NCBI GenBank assembly: GCA_021812145.1
Contig: JAKAOM010000001.1
Coordinates: 87,898-132,564 of the forward strand
Reading direction: 5' to 3'
Length of the DNA: 44,667 bases
From: Candidatus Micrarchaeota archaeon
Lineage (GTDB): Archaea > Micrarchaeota > Micrarchaeia > Norongarragalinales > UBA8480
The number at the start of each line of letters is the position of its first letter. Positions within the stretch are counted from its first letter, which is position 1. Below the pieces are notes generated by a model that had not been told where the DNA came from, ran no database searches, and saw only the letters and a program-made list of their open reading frames with translations. This document shows positions 9,364 through 17,170 of this stretch, in pieces. Both the position numbers and the translations under genes were made by a program.

Positions 9364-11384
9364 TCGGGCACTTTATTTTTTGATATTTCATCCATAAGCT
9401 CGCTTCTGTTTTTGTAGTACTCCGCTATCAGCGAGCCTATACTGTTTACTTTGTCTATTTTATGTTCCAGGGCGAAGTCAAGAATTTGCTTTTTCTCGCT
9501 TATGTCTGTTTCTATTTCATTTATCGTCATTCCAGTGTGCATTGTCAGCTCGTCTACGAGTCTTACGAAGTTACCGACTCTTTCAAGTTTGTCATCTCTG
9601 GCGTTCCACTTGTATATCACGTTAAGATTCATTTTATTTTCTTCCGGAGTTATTTCAGCTACCTCGTACGTTCTTCTTATTCCTGTTCTTCTTTGCCTGT
9701 ACTGGACTATTATCAGTTGAAGAGCGCCCAGCACTTCTTCCGGCAGGCTGATTGGAGGGTTTGTCAATCTGTTTTTGACTTGCAGTACCTCGTCTGCGTG
9801 GACTGTTGAGTATACCGAGTGCCCGGTGTGCATTGCCTCAAACAGCACTTCAGCTTCTTCTTTTCTCCTTACTTCTCCTAGAACTATCCTGTCCGGTCTC
9901 ATCCTGAGAGAGTTGACCACTAAATCCAGCATGGTTATCTCCCCCTTGCCTTCTGGGTTGGGCTCTCTTGTCACTAGTGGTATCCAGTGCATGAAATCCG
10001 GAAGTACCAACTCTCTTGTATTGTGCACTACTGTGTTTTCGCATACGAAGTTTTCGTACATTGGAACTGTAAGGTCGTAGACGCTTCCATCGTAAAAGGT
10101 TTTGTTTATTTCCGTTATCTTTGCGGTTTCGGCTTGTGTTTCCCCCTGAATTTTCATCTGTATAGCGCCGTTCATGGAAAGGTTTTCGCTTGTGAGTACT
10201 GCAATGCATATCTCGTCGCCCTTTTCAAGCTCGCCTGCCCTTACAGGGATTAGCGTTCCATCCATTTTGAATACCGAGTGGTCTTCAGTCACGTTTATAG
10301 TTGTTTTTTCTGTTTTTATTTCCACCATGTTTTTTGATATCTTGTGCTTGATGAAGGCGGTTGGCTGGGCTATGACTATCTTTCCGTCTTTGGTGGAGGA
10401 AAATATTTTTATCTCGTCTGTGTTTAGTGCTACCTCTGTTCCGTCTTCAAGAATTGTTTTGTCTTTAGCAAGCTGGCTTTCTACAAGATCGCTTATCTTT
10501 TTCTCGTAGAAAACGTCTTTTTTCTGGAATATTATTTTTTCACTTCCTTTCACGCTGTCCTCTATTGAGACGACTCTGTTGTTTGCTGGCACGAACGGCA
10601 GTATGGCGTTTAGGAAGCTTGTTTTTCCGGATGCGGTTCCCCCTCCCACGAGGATGCTCATTTCGTATTGCATTGATGTCCAAAGCAGCGCGGCCACCTC
10701 GCTGGTTATTGTTTTGTATTCCGGGTTTATGAGGTTGATTATGGTCCAGGGATCTTTGGAAAACTTTCTTATTGTAAGTGAGTTTCCCTTGTTGCTTATG
10801 GGGAAGAGTATTGCGTTGACCCTGCTTCCGTTTAGCAGGTGCGCGTCCATCATTGGCTGCAGGTTTGTCACTTGCTTCCCTATTTTTCTGGCTATTATTG
10901 ACGAGTAGTTGTATATCTGTTCTTCGGAGCTTATTGTTATGTTGGTGGTAAGCCATCCTTGTTTTTTGTGGTATACTTTGACTGGCTCGTGCGAAGAGTT
11001 TATAACCACCTCTTCAAGATTGTCGTCGTTAAGTATTAACTCCAAGTCTCCGAGCCCGGTCATGTCGTTTATTATTTTTCCAACCAGTATTTTTTTCTCT
11101 TCTTCGGAAACTCCAGGTAGTTGCTGTTCTATAAGGGTTGAAGCTCTATCTGCCAGTTTTATTTTTACTTTTTCGTTTTCTCTTGGGTCTAGTATTTCCG
11201 AGGTTTTTATGTCTATGCTTTCTATTATTTTTTCCTTTAGGTGTTCAAGGACTGCTTCTGTTGCTGGTTTTATTTTAACATGCTTCAGGTAGTATTTGTT
11301 TGTGAATTCTTTCTCTTCTTGTGTGATTTCTATTTCAGCCATTACCCCCTCGCTTTCAACCACGTATTTTTCAAGTGTTTTCAT
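9351..11384 (-). CDS. Type IV pilus/secretion ATPase (CpaF/TadA/VirB11 family), intein-containing
   Basis: Walker A GGTASGKT, Asp box IED/TREL split by an insertion, LRMRPDRIVLGEVR, His box AMHTGH. Confidence 0.93.
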   Translation of the reverse strand: MKTLEKYVVESEGVMAEIEITQEEKEFTNKYYLKHVKIKPATEAVLEHLKEKIIESIDIKTSEILDPRENEKVKIKLADRASTLIEQQLPGVSEEEKKILVGKIINDMTGLGDLELILNDDNLEEVVINSSHEPVKVYHKKQGWLTTNITISSEEQIYNYSSIIARKIGKQVTNLQPMMDAHLLNGSRVNAILFPISNKGNSLTIRKFSKDPWTIINLINPEYKTITSEVAALLWTSMQYEMSILVGGGTASGKTSFLNAILPFVPANNRVVSIEDSVKGSEKIIFQKKDVFYEKKISDLVESQLAKDKTILEDGTEVALNTDEIKIFSSTKDGKIVIAQPTAFIKHKISKNMVEIKTEKTTINVTEDHSVFKMDGTLIPVRAGELEKGDEICIAVLTSENLSMNGAIQMKIQGETQAETAKITEINKTFYDGSVYDLTVPMYENFVCENTVVHNTRELVLPDFMHWIPLVTREPNPEGKGEITMLDLVVNSLRMRPDRIVLGEVRRKEEAEVLFEAMHTGHSVYSTVHADEVLQVKNRLTNPPISLPEEVLGALQLIIVQYRQRRTGIRRTYEVAEITPEENKMNLNVIYKWNARDDKLERVGNFVRLVDELTMHTGMTINEIETDISEKKQILDFALEHKIDKVNSIGSLIAEYYKNRSELMDEISKNKVPEWLK
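10020..10556 (-). mobile_element. Mini-intein (179 aa, no homing endonuclease) in the pilus ATPase
   Basis: Starts SVKGSEKI (Ser1); block B VTEDH; block F VYDLTV; ends VVHN before Thr+1. Removing it restores VSIED-TRELVLP. Confidence 0.92.
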
Positions 11385-12529
11385 TTTACAGCGCCTTTTT
11401 TCCTGTTTATTTCTTTCAGCTTGAAGAACCTCCCGTTTTTAATCCAGGCTTCAATCCAAACCCCGTTCCTTTTGAACTTGATTGTTTTTGTTTTTACTTT
11501 TGTTTTTTCCCTTTTTTTCATTGCGATTACTGTTCGAACGACCTGTTTTGTCGCCTTCTTGCCCGCGTGTGTTTTTCTTTCTTTCTTTTTCTTTATTTTC
11601 CTCTCTTCCTTAGTTTTTTCCTTAACTGCCTTTTCTTTCTTTTCTTTTTTGATTTGTTTTGTTTTTTCTACTTCCTTTTCGATTTTTTTTATTTTTTCTT
11701 TTTCAGGGTTTTCTTTGTTTTTGGTTTTTTCTAGTTTTTTCTTTTCGGCTCTGATTTGAGCTATCTTTTCAAATTTTTCTCTAGGTATTTCTATTTTTGC
11801 ATTGTTTTTTCCTTGTTCGACTGGTTTCGTTTCTAGGGGTTGTATTTTTCTTTCTTCGAGCTTTCTCTCCATAATTTTGGCTTTCTCCTTCATTTCGTTT
11901 GCTTCTTCAACCTCACTTTCGGGTATTATTTCAGTTTTTCTTTTCATTCTAAATAGATTTTTTATCCGGTCAATCAAAGATGGTTTTCTAACCTCCAATT
12001 TTTTGATGTTTTCCCTGAATGTTTGAAGTTGCTGGTCGAAAAGGTATACTTTCTTGTAGAGTTCGTTGACTCTGTTTTCCATTATGTGAACTTCCTCTAT
12101 TATTTTTTGCATTTCTTTTTCTGTTTTTTCCACTTCCTCTTTCGGAACGTTGGCCTGCTGCGATAGTTTTTTGAGGTTATTTTGGGCTATGTTTATTCTT
12201 TTGTTTAAGTCGGTTTCTATGAATTCGAATATGCTTTCAGTATCGTAGACCTGTTTTTCTATTTTTTTGCCTTCTTCCGCAGTCAGCGGTTTGGATTGCG
12301 GGGCCAGGGTTGCTTTTTGAACTATTTTCTTTTTTGCGGTGAGTATTGTGTTTGTAAGTTCGTATCTTATTGAAATCAGGCCGCTTTCAGCGAGCATTTC
12401 ACCTAACTTTTCCACCTCGTCGGGGTTCATTGCGAGGACTTTGGCCGCGTTTGTTACGCTCACGCTTTCATTGGCGTTTATGTATTCAACCAGCCGGTCT
12501 ATGGAAGTGTCGAGGTTTTCCTTTATCAT
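11381..12529 (-). CDS. Hypothetical protein: N-terminal wHTH-like domain, coiled coil, Lys-rich tail; first gene of the pilus operon
   Basis: LDTSIDRLVEYI...AAKVL...LAESGLISIRY wHTH-like pattern; 4-nt overlap with the ATPase start. Confidence 0.65.
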   Translation of the reverse strand: MIKENLDTSIDRLVEYINANESVSVTNAAKVLAMNPDEVEKLGEMLAESGLISIRYELTNTILTAKKKIVQKATLAPQSKPLTAEEGKKIEKQVYDTESIFEFIETDLNKRINIAQNNLKKLSQQANVPKEEVEKTEKEMQKIIEEVHIMENRVNELYKKVYLFDQQLQTFRENIKKLEVRKPSLIDRIKNLFRMKRKTEIIPESEVEEANEMKEKAKIMERKLEERKIQPLETKPVEQGKNNAKIEIPREKFEKIAQIRAEKKKLEKTKNKENPEKEKIKKIEKEVEKTKQIKKEKKEKAVKEKTKEERKIKKKKERKTHAGKKATKQVVRTVIAMKKREKTKVKTKTIKFKRNGVWIEAWIKNGRFFKLKEINRKKGAVK

Positions 12530-12593
12530 CGAAAAATACTTTTCCGTGTTTTTGTTTTTAACGTTTTCGCCCTTTTGTTTTTTCCCTTATCTT

Positions 12594-13154
12594 TTATATT
12601 CTCTTTGTGACTAGGTATGCTATTATGACTGCTGATATGGATATTAGAAGATTGTCGTCCAGGTCTAAATCTATTGTTTCTATCATTCCGAGTGCGAAAG
12701 CGTACGCGATTCCTTCAAAACCTAGAAACGAGAAGGCGGGAATTGAGCTGAAGACTACAAATGAAACGAAGCCGTACCATGTTTTGTTGTCGTTCCACGG
12801 TAGTTTTACTTCCGCGTTTCTTCCTATCAGCGTTGAAAATCCGTCCCCTACCGCAAGTATTGAGATAAGCGTTATAGCGTATAAAGGAGTTGTTAACGTT
12901 AGGATTAGTATCATACCCGCGAACATTGTTATCGCTCCTTTGCCAGGTATTTTTGCTCCTCTTTCTATTTTTTCAAGTATCCCGTCTATTAACGGGTTTT
13001 CGAATCCCAGCGCTTTTGCGTTTGAAATCATCACTCCTGCCATTAGAATTAAAACAAGCAATCCTACCGTGCTTGGAACTCCTATTAGATAAACTAAGCT
13101 TATTGTCACTAAACCTATTGCGATGTGTATCGTCTGTCTTAATTCTTCATTCAT
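12594..13154 (-). CDS. Dolichol/phytol kinase family (CTP-dependent isoprenoid-alcohol kinase)
   Basis: ELRQTIHI, LAVGDGFSTLIGR, KTWYG and DDNL motifs; multi-TM. Confidence 0.85.
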   Translation of the reverse strand: MNEELRQTIHIAIGLVTISLVYLIGVPSTVGLLVLILMAGVMISNAKALGFENPLIDGILEKIERGAKIPGKGAITMFAGMILILTLTTPLYAITLISILAVGDGFSTLIGRNAEVKLPWNDNKTWYGFVSFVVFSSIPAFSFLGFEGIAYAFALGMIETIDLDLDDNLLISISAVIIAYLVTKRI

Positions 13155-13554
13155 CTATAATCCATCCTAACTCTTCTATTTTGTTTATTATCGTCTCTCC
13201 TATGAAAGGGGTTATTATTCCTATTGAAACCCCTGCTCCCAGCATGGTTATTGATGGAGCGGATAGCATGATTATTATTGATATTATGATAAGCGGGTAG
13301 AACGCTTGGCTGGCGAAGAAGGTCATTGTTATAGTTAAAGGTATTGCAATTTCTATTGCAGCAAGCCCGTTTGTGTTTGTCGCTATTGTTGCCGCTAAAA
13401 TTGCGACAAGTATGATCAGTGATGCTATGAGCGTTTTTCTTCTTTTTGAGAATAAAATTGAGATTATTATCAAAAATGCTATTATGATTAAGCTGTTTTG
13501 GCTTACAATGTTTGAAAAGGATGTTATTGTTTGAGCTAGGTTTTCTGCAGCCAT
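13147..13554 (-). CDS. Small integral membrane protein
   Basis: Very hydrophobic 135 aa ORF overlapping the start of the kinase gene. Confidence 0.6.
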   Translation of the reverse strand: MAAENLAQTITSFSNIVSQNSLIIIAFLIIISILFSKRRKTLIASLIILVAILAATIATNTNGLAAIEIAIPLTITMTFFASQAFYPLIIISIIIMLSAPSITMLGAGVSIGIITPFIGETIINKIEELGWIIDE

Positions 13555-13609
13555 GTTTATTTTCTCTTGCGTTGGGTTTATTAAATTTTTTGAGAATAAT
13601 TTTCAGCGT

Positions 13610-13747
13610 GCCGCAGTAGCTCAGCTGGTTAGAGCGCCAGTTTTTCTTGGATTTGCCTTGAAATAGGGCGTGACTCATAAATTCTAACTCAGGATTTGAC
13701 TGGATTGGGCTATCTGGAGGTGGGGGGTTCAACTCCCCCCTGCGGCA
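13610..13747 (+). tRNA. Elongator tRNA-Met(CAT) with two introns (30/31: 13641-13672; 37/38: 13680-13711)
   Basis: Removing both 32-nt introns gives a 74-nt cloverleaf GCCGCAG...CCAGA-CTCATAA-TCTGG...CTGCGGCA. Both junctions fold as BHB motifs. Confidence 0.9.
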
Positions 13748-13748
13748 T

Positions 13749-15653
13749 TTATTTTAGGGTTGCTTTTATTCTCCTTACTCCTGCGCTTACTGCTTCTTCC
13801 TTTATTATTTTGAACTCTCCTAGCTCGGAAGTGTTTTTGACGTGCGGTCCGGTGCATACTTCCAGGCTGTAATTTCCTATTTTGTACACGCTTACTCTGT
13901 CTCCGTATTTTTCCGTGAACAGCGCTTGCGCACCCAGTTTTTTGGCTTCGTCCACGTTCATTTCGCTTCTTTCGACGTTCAATCCTTTTTTGATTTGGTT
14001 GTTGACTTCGTCTTCCACTTTTTTTATTTCTTCAGGTGTTAGTTTTCTTTCGAGGTTGAAGTCGAACCTGAGCCTTTCCGGCGTTATGTTGCTTCCTTTT
14101 TGTTTTATGTTTTTGTCTATTATTTTTCTAAGCGCTTCGTTCAGCAGGTGGGTGGCGGTGTGCAGTTTTGTTGTTTGTTCTGAAGTGTCTGCAAGCCCTG
14201 ATTTGAATTTTTTTTCAGCTCCTACTCTTGAAGTTTCCTGGTGTTTTTCAAGTTCTTTTGCGTATTCTGCCCTGTGGAACAGCAGGTTTTTTTCTGTTGC
14301 TATTTCTATTATAAGCTCTTCTGGAAAGCCGTATGATTGGTAGAGCAGGAATCCTTCTTTGCCTGTGATTGTGGCTTTGTCTATTTCGCTTTCGGTTATT
14401 TCAGCTTCTTTTATTTCGTAGGCCTTCCCTTGGCTTTTTCTAGTCCATATTTCCTCAATTGTCTGCTCGTGGTTTGGTGCTTGCATTAGCTTGGCGTATT
14501 TTTCTGCGGGTATTGGTGTTTTTTCCTTGAACACTGTTTCAGCTGCTTTTATACCGTCGCTTATGACTTTTTTGAACCTATCCTCCTCTTCTTCAAATTG
14601 AGAGAGTATGAATTTTTTGTTTTTGCTCAGTTCTTCATAGTCCTTTTCGTATATTTCTATTATTTTTTCGGATATTTCTGCTGTGAAGTTTTCTTTTATT
14701 CCCATCTCCCTTCCGTGTCTTATAGCTCTTCTTATGAGCCTTCTTAGAATATAGCCTTGCTCAACGTTGCTTGGAATTATTCTTTTGTCGTCTCCCAGGA
14801 TGAACGTGGCTGCTTTAAGGTGGTCTGCTATTATCCTAGCGCTTCTATCTTCGTATTTTTCTGAAATGTTTTTTATTTTTTCCAGTATTGGTTTGAATAG
14901 TTCCGTGTCGTAGATTGATTTTTTACCCTGAAGCATGGCGGTGGTTCTTTCCAACCCCATTCCCGTGTCCACGTTTTTCTGTTTTAGCATTTCGTATTTT
15001 CCTTCTTTGGTTTTGTTGTACGCCATGAAAACGTCGTTCCAGATTTCAACCCATCTTTTGTCTTTTGTGTCGAATTCCTTCGGGGTGTTTTCGCCTTTCC
15101 AGTAGAACATTTCGCTGCATGGCCCGCACGGGCCTGTTTGTCCCGCTGGACCCCAGAAGTTGTCTTCTTTCGGGAGGAACCTTATCCTTTCAGAAGGTAT
15201 TCCCAGCTTCATCCATATTTCAGCCGACTCTTCATCTCTTGGCGCGTCGCTGTTTCCTTCAAAGCAGGTTACGGCCAATTTTTCTATTGGAATTCCCAGC
15301 CATTTTTCGCTTGTAAGGAATTCGAAGCTCCATTCTATAGCTTCTTTTTTGAAGTAGTCTCCCAGCGACCAGTTGCCTAGCATTTCGAAAAAGGTTAGGT
15401 GAGTGTCGTCTCCCACGCTGTCGATGTCTCCTGTTCTAACGCATTTTTGAGCGTCTGCTATTCTTTTTCCCATGGGGTGCGGCTGGCCCAGTATGAAGGG
15501 AACCAAGGGGTGCATTCCGGCGGTTGTGAAGAGAACTGTTGGGTCGTGCTCTGGAATTAGAGATTCTGATTTTATTATTTTGTGTCCTTTTTCCCTGAAG
15601 AATTCAAAGTATTTTTTTTTAATTTCGCCCGCGGTTATATTCTCTGGTTTCAT
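13749..15653 (-). CDS. alaS: Alanine--tRNA ligase, short form without C-Ala domain
   Basis: LFTTAGM, HLTFFEMLGNWS, GPCGPCSE, DTGMGLER, IADH; editing motifs HTATH and CTGPH; ends at GVRRIKA. Confidence 0.96.
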   Translation of the reverse strand: MKPENITAGEIKKKYFEFFREKGHKIIKSESLIPEHDPTVLFTTAGMHPLVPFILGQPHPMGKRIADAQKCVRTGDIDSVGDDTHLTFFEMLGNWSLGDYFKKEAIEWSFEFLTSEKWLGIPIEKLAVTCFEGNSDAPRDEESAEIWMKLGIPSERIRFLPKEDNFWGPAGQTGPCGPCSEMFYWKGENTPKEFDTKDKRWVEIWNDVFMAYNKTKEGKYEMLKQKNVDTGMGLERTTAMLQGKKSIYDTELFKPILEKIKNISEKYEDRSARIIADHLKAATFILGDDKRIIPSNVEQGYILRRLIRRAIRHGREMGIKENFTAEISEKIIEIYEKDYEELSKNKKFILSQFEEEEDRFKKVISDGIKAAETVFKEKTPIPAEKYAKLMQAPNHEQTIEEIWTRKSQGKAYEIKEAEITESEIDKATITGKEGFLLYQSYGFPEELIIEIATEKNLLFHRAEYAKELEKHQETSRVGAEKKFKSGLADTSEQTTKLHTATHLLNEALRKIIDKNIKQKGSNITPERLRFDFNLERKLTPEEIKKVEDEVNNQIKKGLNVERSEMNVDEAKKLGAQALFTEKYGDRVSVYKIGNYSLEVCTGPHVKNTSELGEFKIIKEEAVSAGVRRIKATLK

Positions 15654-15722
15654 GTTTTAATCTTATAGAGCGATTGTTTTTTAAACATTTTTCCTGCTTT
15701 GCTTTTTAACGAATGGTTTGTT

Positions 15723-16010
15723 GAGTGTGAGGGCGGTACCCCGCCTTTTGTTGTACGAAAAACACCGCGTGTTTTTCTTTTGGCAGCATTAATCTAAGCG
15801 GCTTTAAAAAAGCCTTGCGCCATACGGTGGGGCTCGTTTCACTTCGCTCGCGCGTTAAAGCATCGTTTTTGTCATTTGCTGAAAAACGCCGATCGAATGT
15901 CGTTTCTGCTCCCCACCCCTGCCTTAAGCAGGGAAGGTTTTGCCTTCTGTTTGATTTTTGGTGGGCGGAAGTTCCTCCCTATGAAGGGTAAGCTGCCCGC
16001 CTTCACGCTC
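15723..16010 (-). ncRNA. rnpB: RNase P RNA (archaeal, about 288 nt)
   Basis: Minus strand has GAGGAACTTCCGCCCAC, GCAGAAACG, TGAAACG and ACAAAAGGCGGGG; P1 GAGCGTGAAGGCGG/CCGCCCTCACACTC; P2 GGCAGC/GCTGCC. Confidence 0.9.
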
Positions 16011-16031
16011 TATTCTTTTTGAGTTGTTTTC

Positions 16032-16048
16032 ACTTTTAAGCGTTTTGT
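16032..16048 (-). promoter_or_regulatory. Putative BRE+TATA promoter of RNase P RNA
   Basis: Minus-strand CAAAACGCTTAAAAG about 25 nt upstream of the predicted 5' end. Confidence 0.45.
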
Positions 16049-16073
16049 TTATCTTTTAAAATGTTGTTGCTAT

Positions 16074-17081
16074 TTAGCATTCTTTAAGCAGTTTCTGCAT
16101 TATTTTAGGGTGTTTTTCAATTGGTATTGTCTTGAATTGTTTTTTTATGTCGCCTAAAGCGTAGGCGTCGTTTTTCTTGTAGTATTCTGACATTTTTTTC
16201 CAGAAGTTTTTTTTGTCCTTTTTGTAAATTTCTATTGCAACCTCTCTGGTTTTTGAAAGGTTCAGGCTCACTTTGTGTTTGCTTCCTAAAAATTCTTTGA
16301 TTTTATTTTGACTTTCAAGTTTTGAATTAACCGAAGCATTCCAGAACAGGCCGTGCCCTTCAAGTTTTTTAATCATGGCTTCAGGCGTTAATGATGAGTA
16401 TCTATATATTGGGTTTTCAAGATTTATGAATTGAACTCGGTATGTATCTGTGAATCCTATTTTAACTAATGTCATAACAATCATTGAAAAGAGTTTTTTT
16501 AATTCACTTGGTTTGTTAAAATTAGATATGATTTGTTTTATAAAAAATGCCATTGTGATGTTGAATCGATTCATATAATTTTTGTATGAGTACCCTAGCG
16601 TCCAAGCGTCTTGAATAACGTTTACGTATCTTATGTTTTTTGCAAACCTTGTGCGGTATTCTGTATGGTCTAGCATATTTATGCCGAAAATTATATAGAA
16701 TGGTAAGTTGAAGAGTTCAGTTGTCGGATAGATTTCAGGAAGTTTTTTTATTTCTTGTATTGATTTTTCATGGATTATTTCATTTGCTTGTACATAGAGA
16801 ATATAATCACCTTTACATTTTTTTTTCACTTTGTTTGCTGAGTCAGCTAATGAGAGTTGAGGTGTTTTTTTGTCTAAAATCCATTTTTCGCGGTATATTT
16901 TTATTTTTGTGTGTTTTTTTTGTAGTTTCAACAGTTCTTCCCAAGTCCCGTCTGTTGAAAACCCGTCTGAAATCAAAAATTCATCACATGCAGGCAACGC
17001 AGATTCTATTGCTTCAATGAAAGGGTATCCTTGTGATTTTACGTTCCAAACATTCATAAATCCAGATATGCTGTATGTCAT
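16074..17081 (-). CDS. Glycosyltransferase family 2 protein
   Basis: YPFIEAIESAL, SDGFSTDGT and GDYILYVQANE indicate a GT-A fold; divergent from aglB. Confidence 0.8.
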   Translation of the reverse strand: MTYSISGFMNVWNVKSQGYPFIEAIESALPACDEFLISDGFSTDGTWEELLKLQKKHTKIKIYREKWILDKKTPQLSLADSANKVKKKCKGDYILYVQANEIIHEKSIQEIKKLPEIYPTTELFNLPFYIIFGINMLDHTEYRTRFAKNIRYVNVIQDAWTLGYSYKNYMNRFNITMAFFIKQIISNFNKPSELKKLFSMIVMTLVKIGFTDTYRVQFINLENPIYRYSSLTPEAMIKKLEGHGLFWNASVNSKLESQNKIKEFLGSKHKVSLNLSKTREVAIEIYKKDKKNFWKKMSEYYKKNDAYALGDIKKQFKTIPIEKHPKIMQKLLKEC

Positions 17082-17170
17082 TTCTAATCTCTTTAAATGT
17101 TTGCGGCGAAAGTATTAAAAGTATTGAGCTTTAACATTTTTACACTTTTAGTTGTATTGATTATTGGTGG

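Noticed and set aside
13151-13732. 193-aa minus ORF (and the 68-aa ORF at 4077-4283)
   Set aside because: They run antisense across tRNA-Met and tRNA-Gly and overlap better-supported genes.
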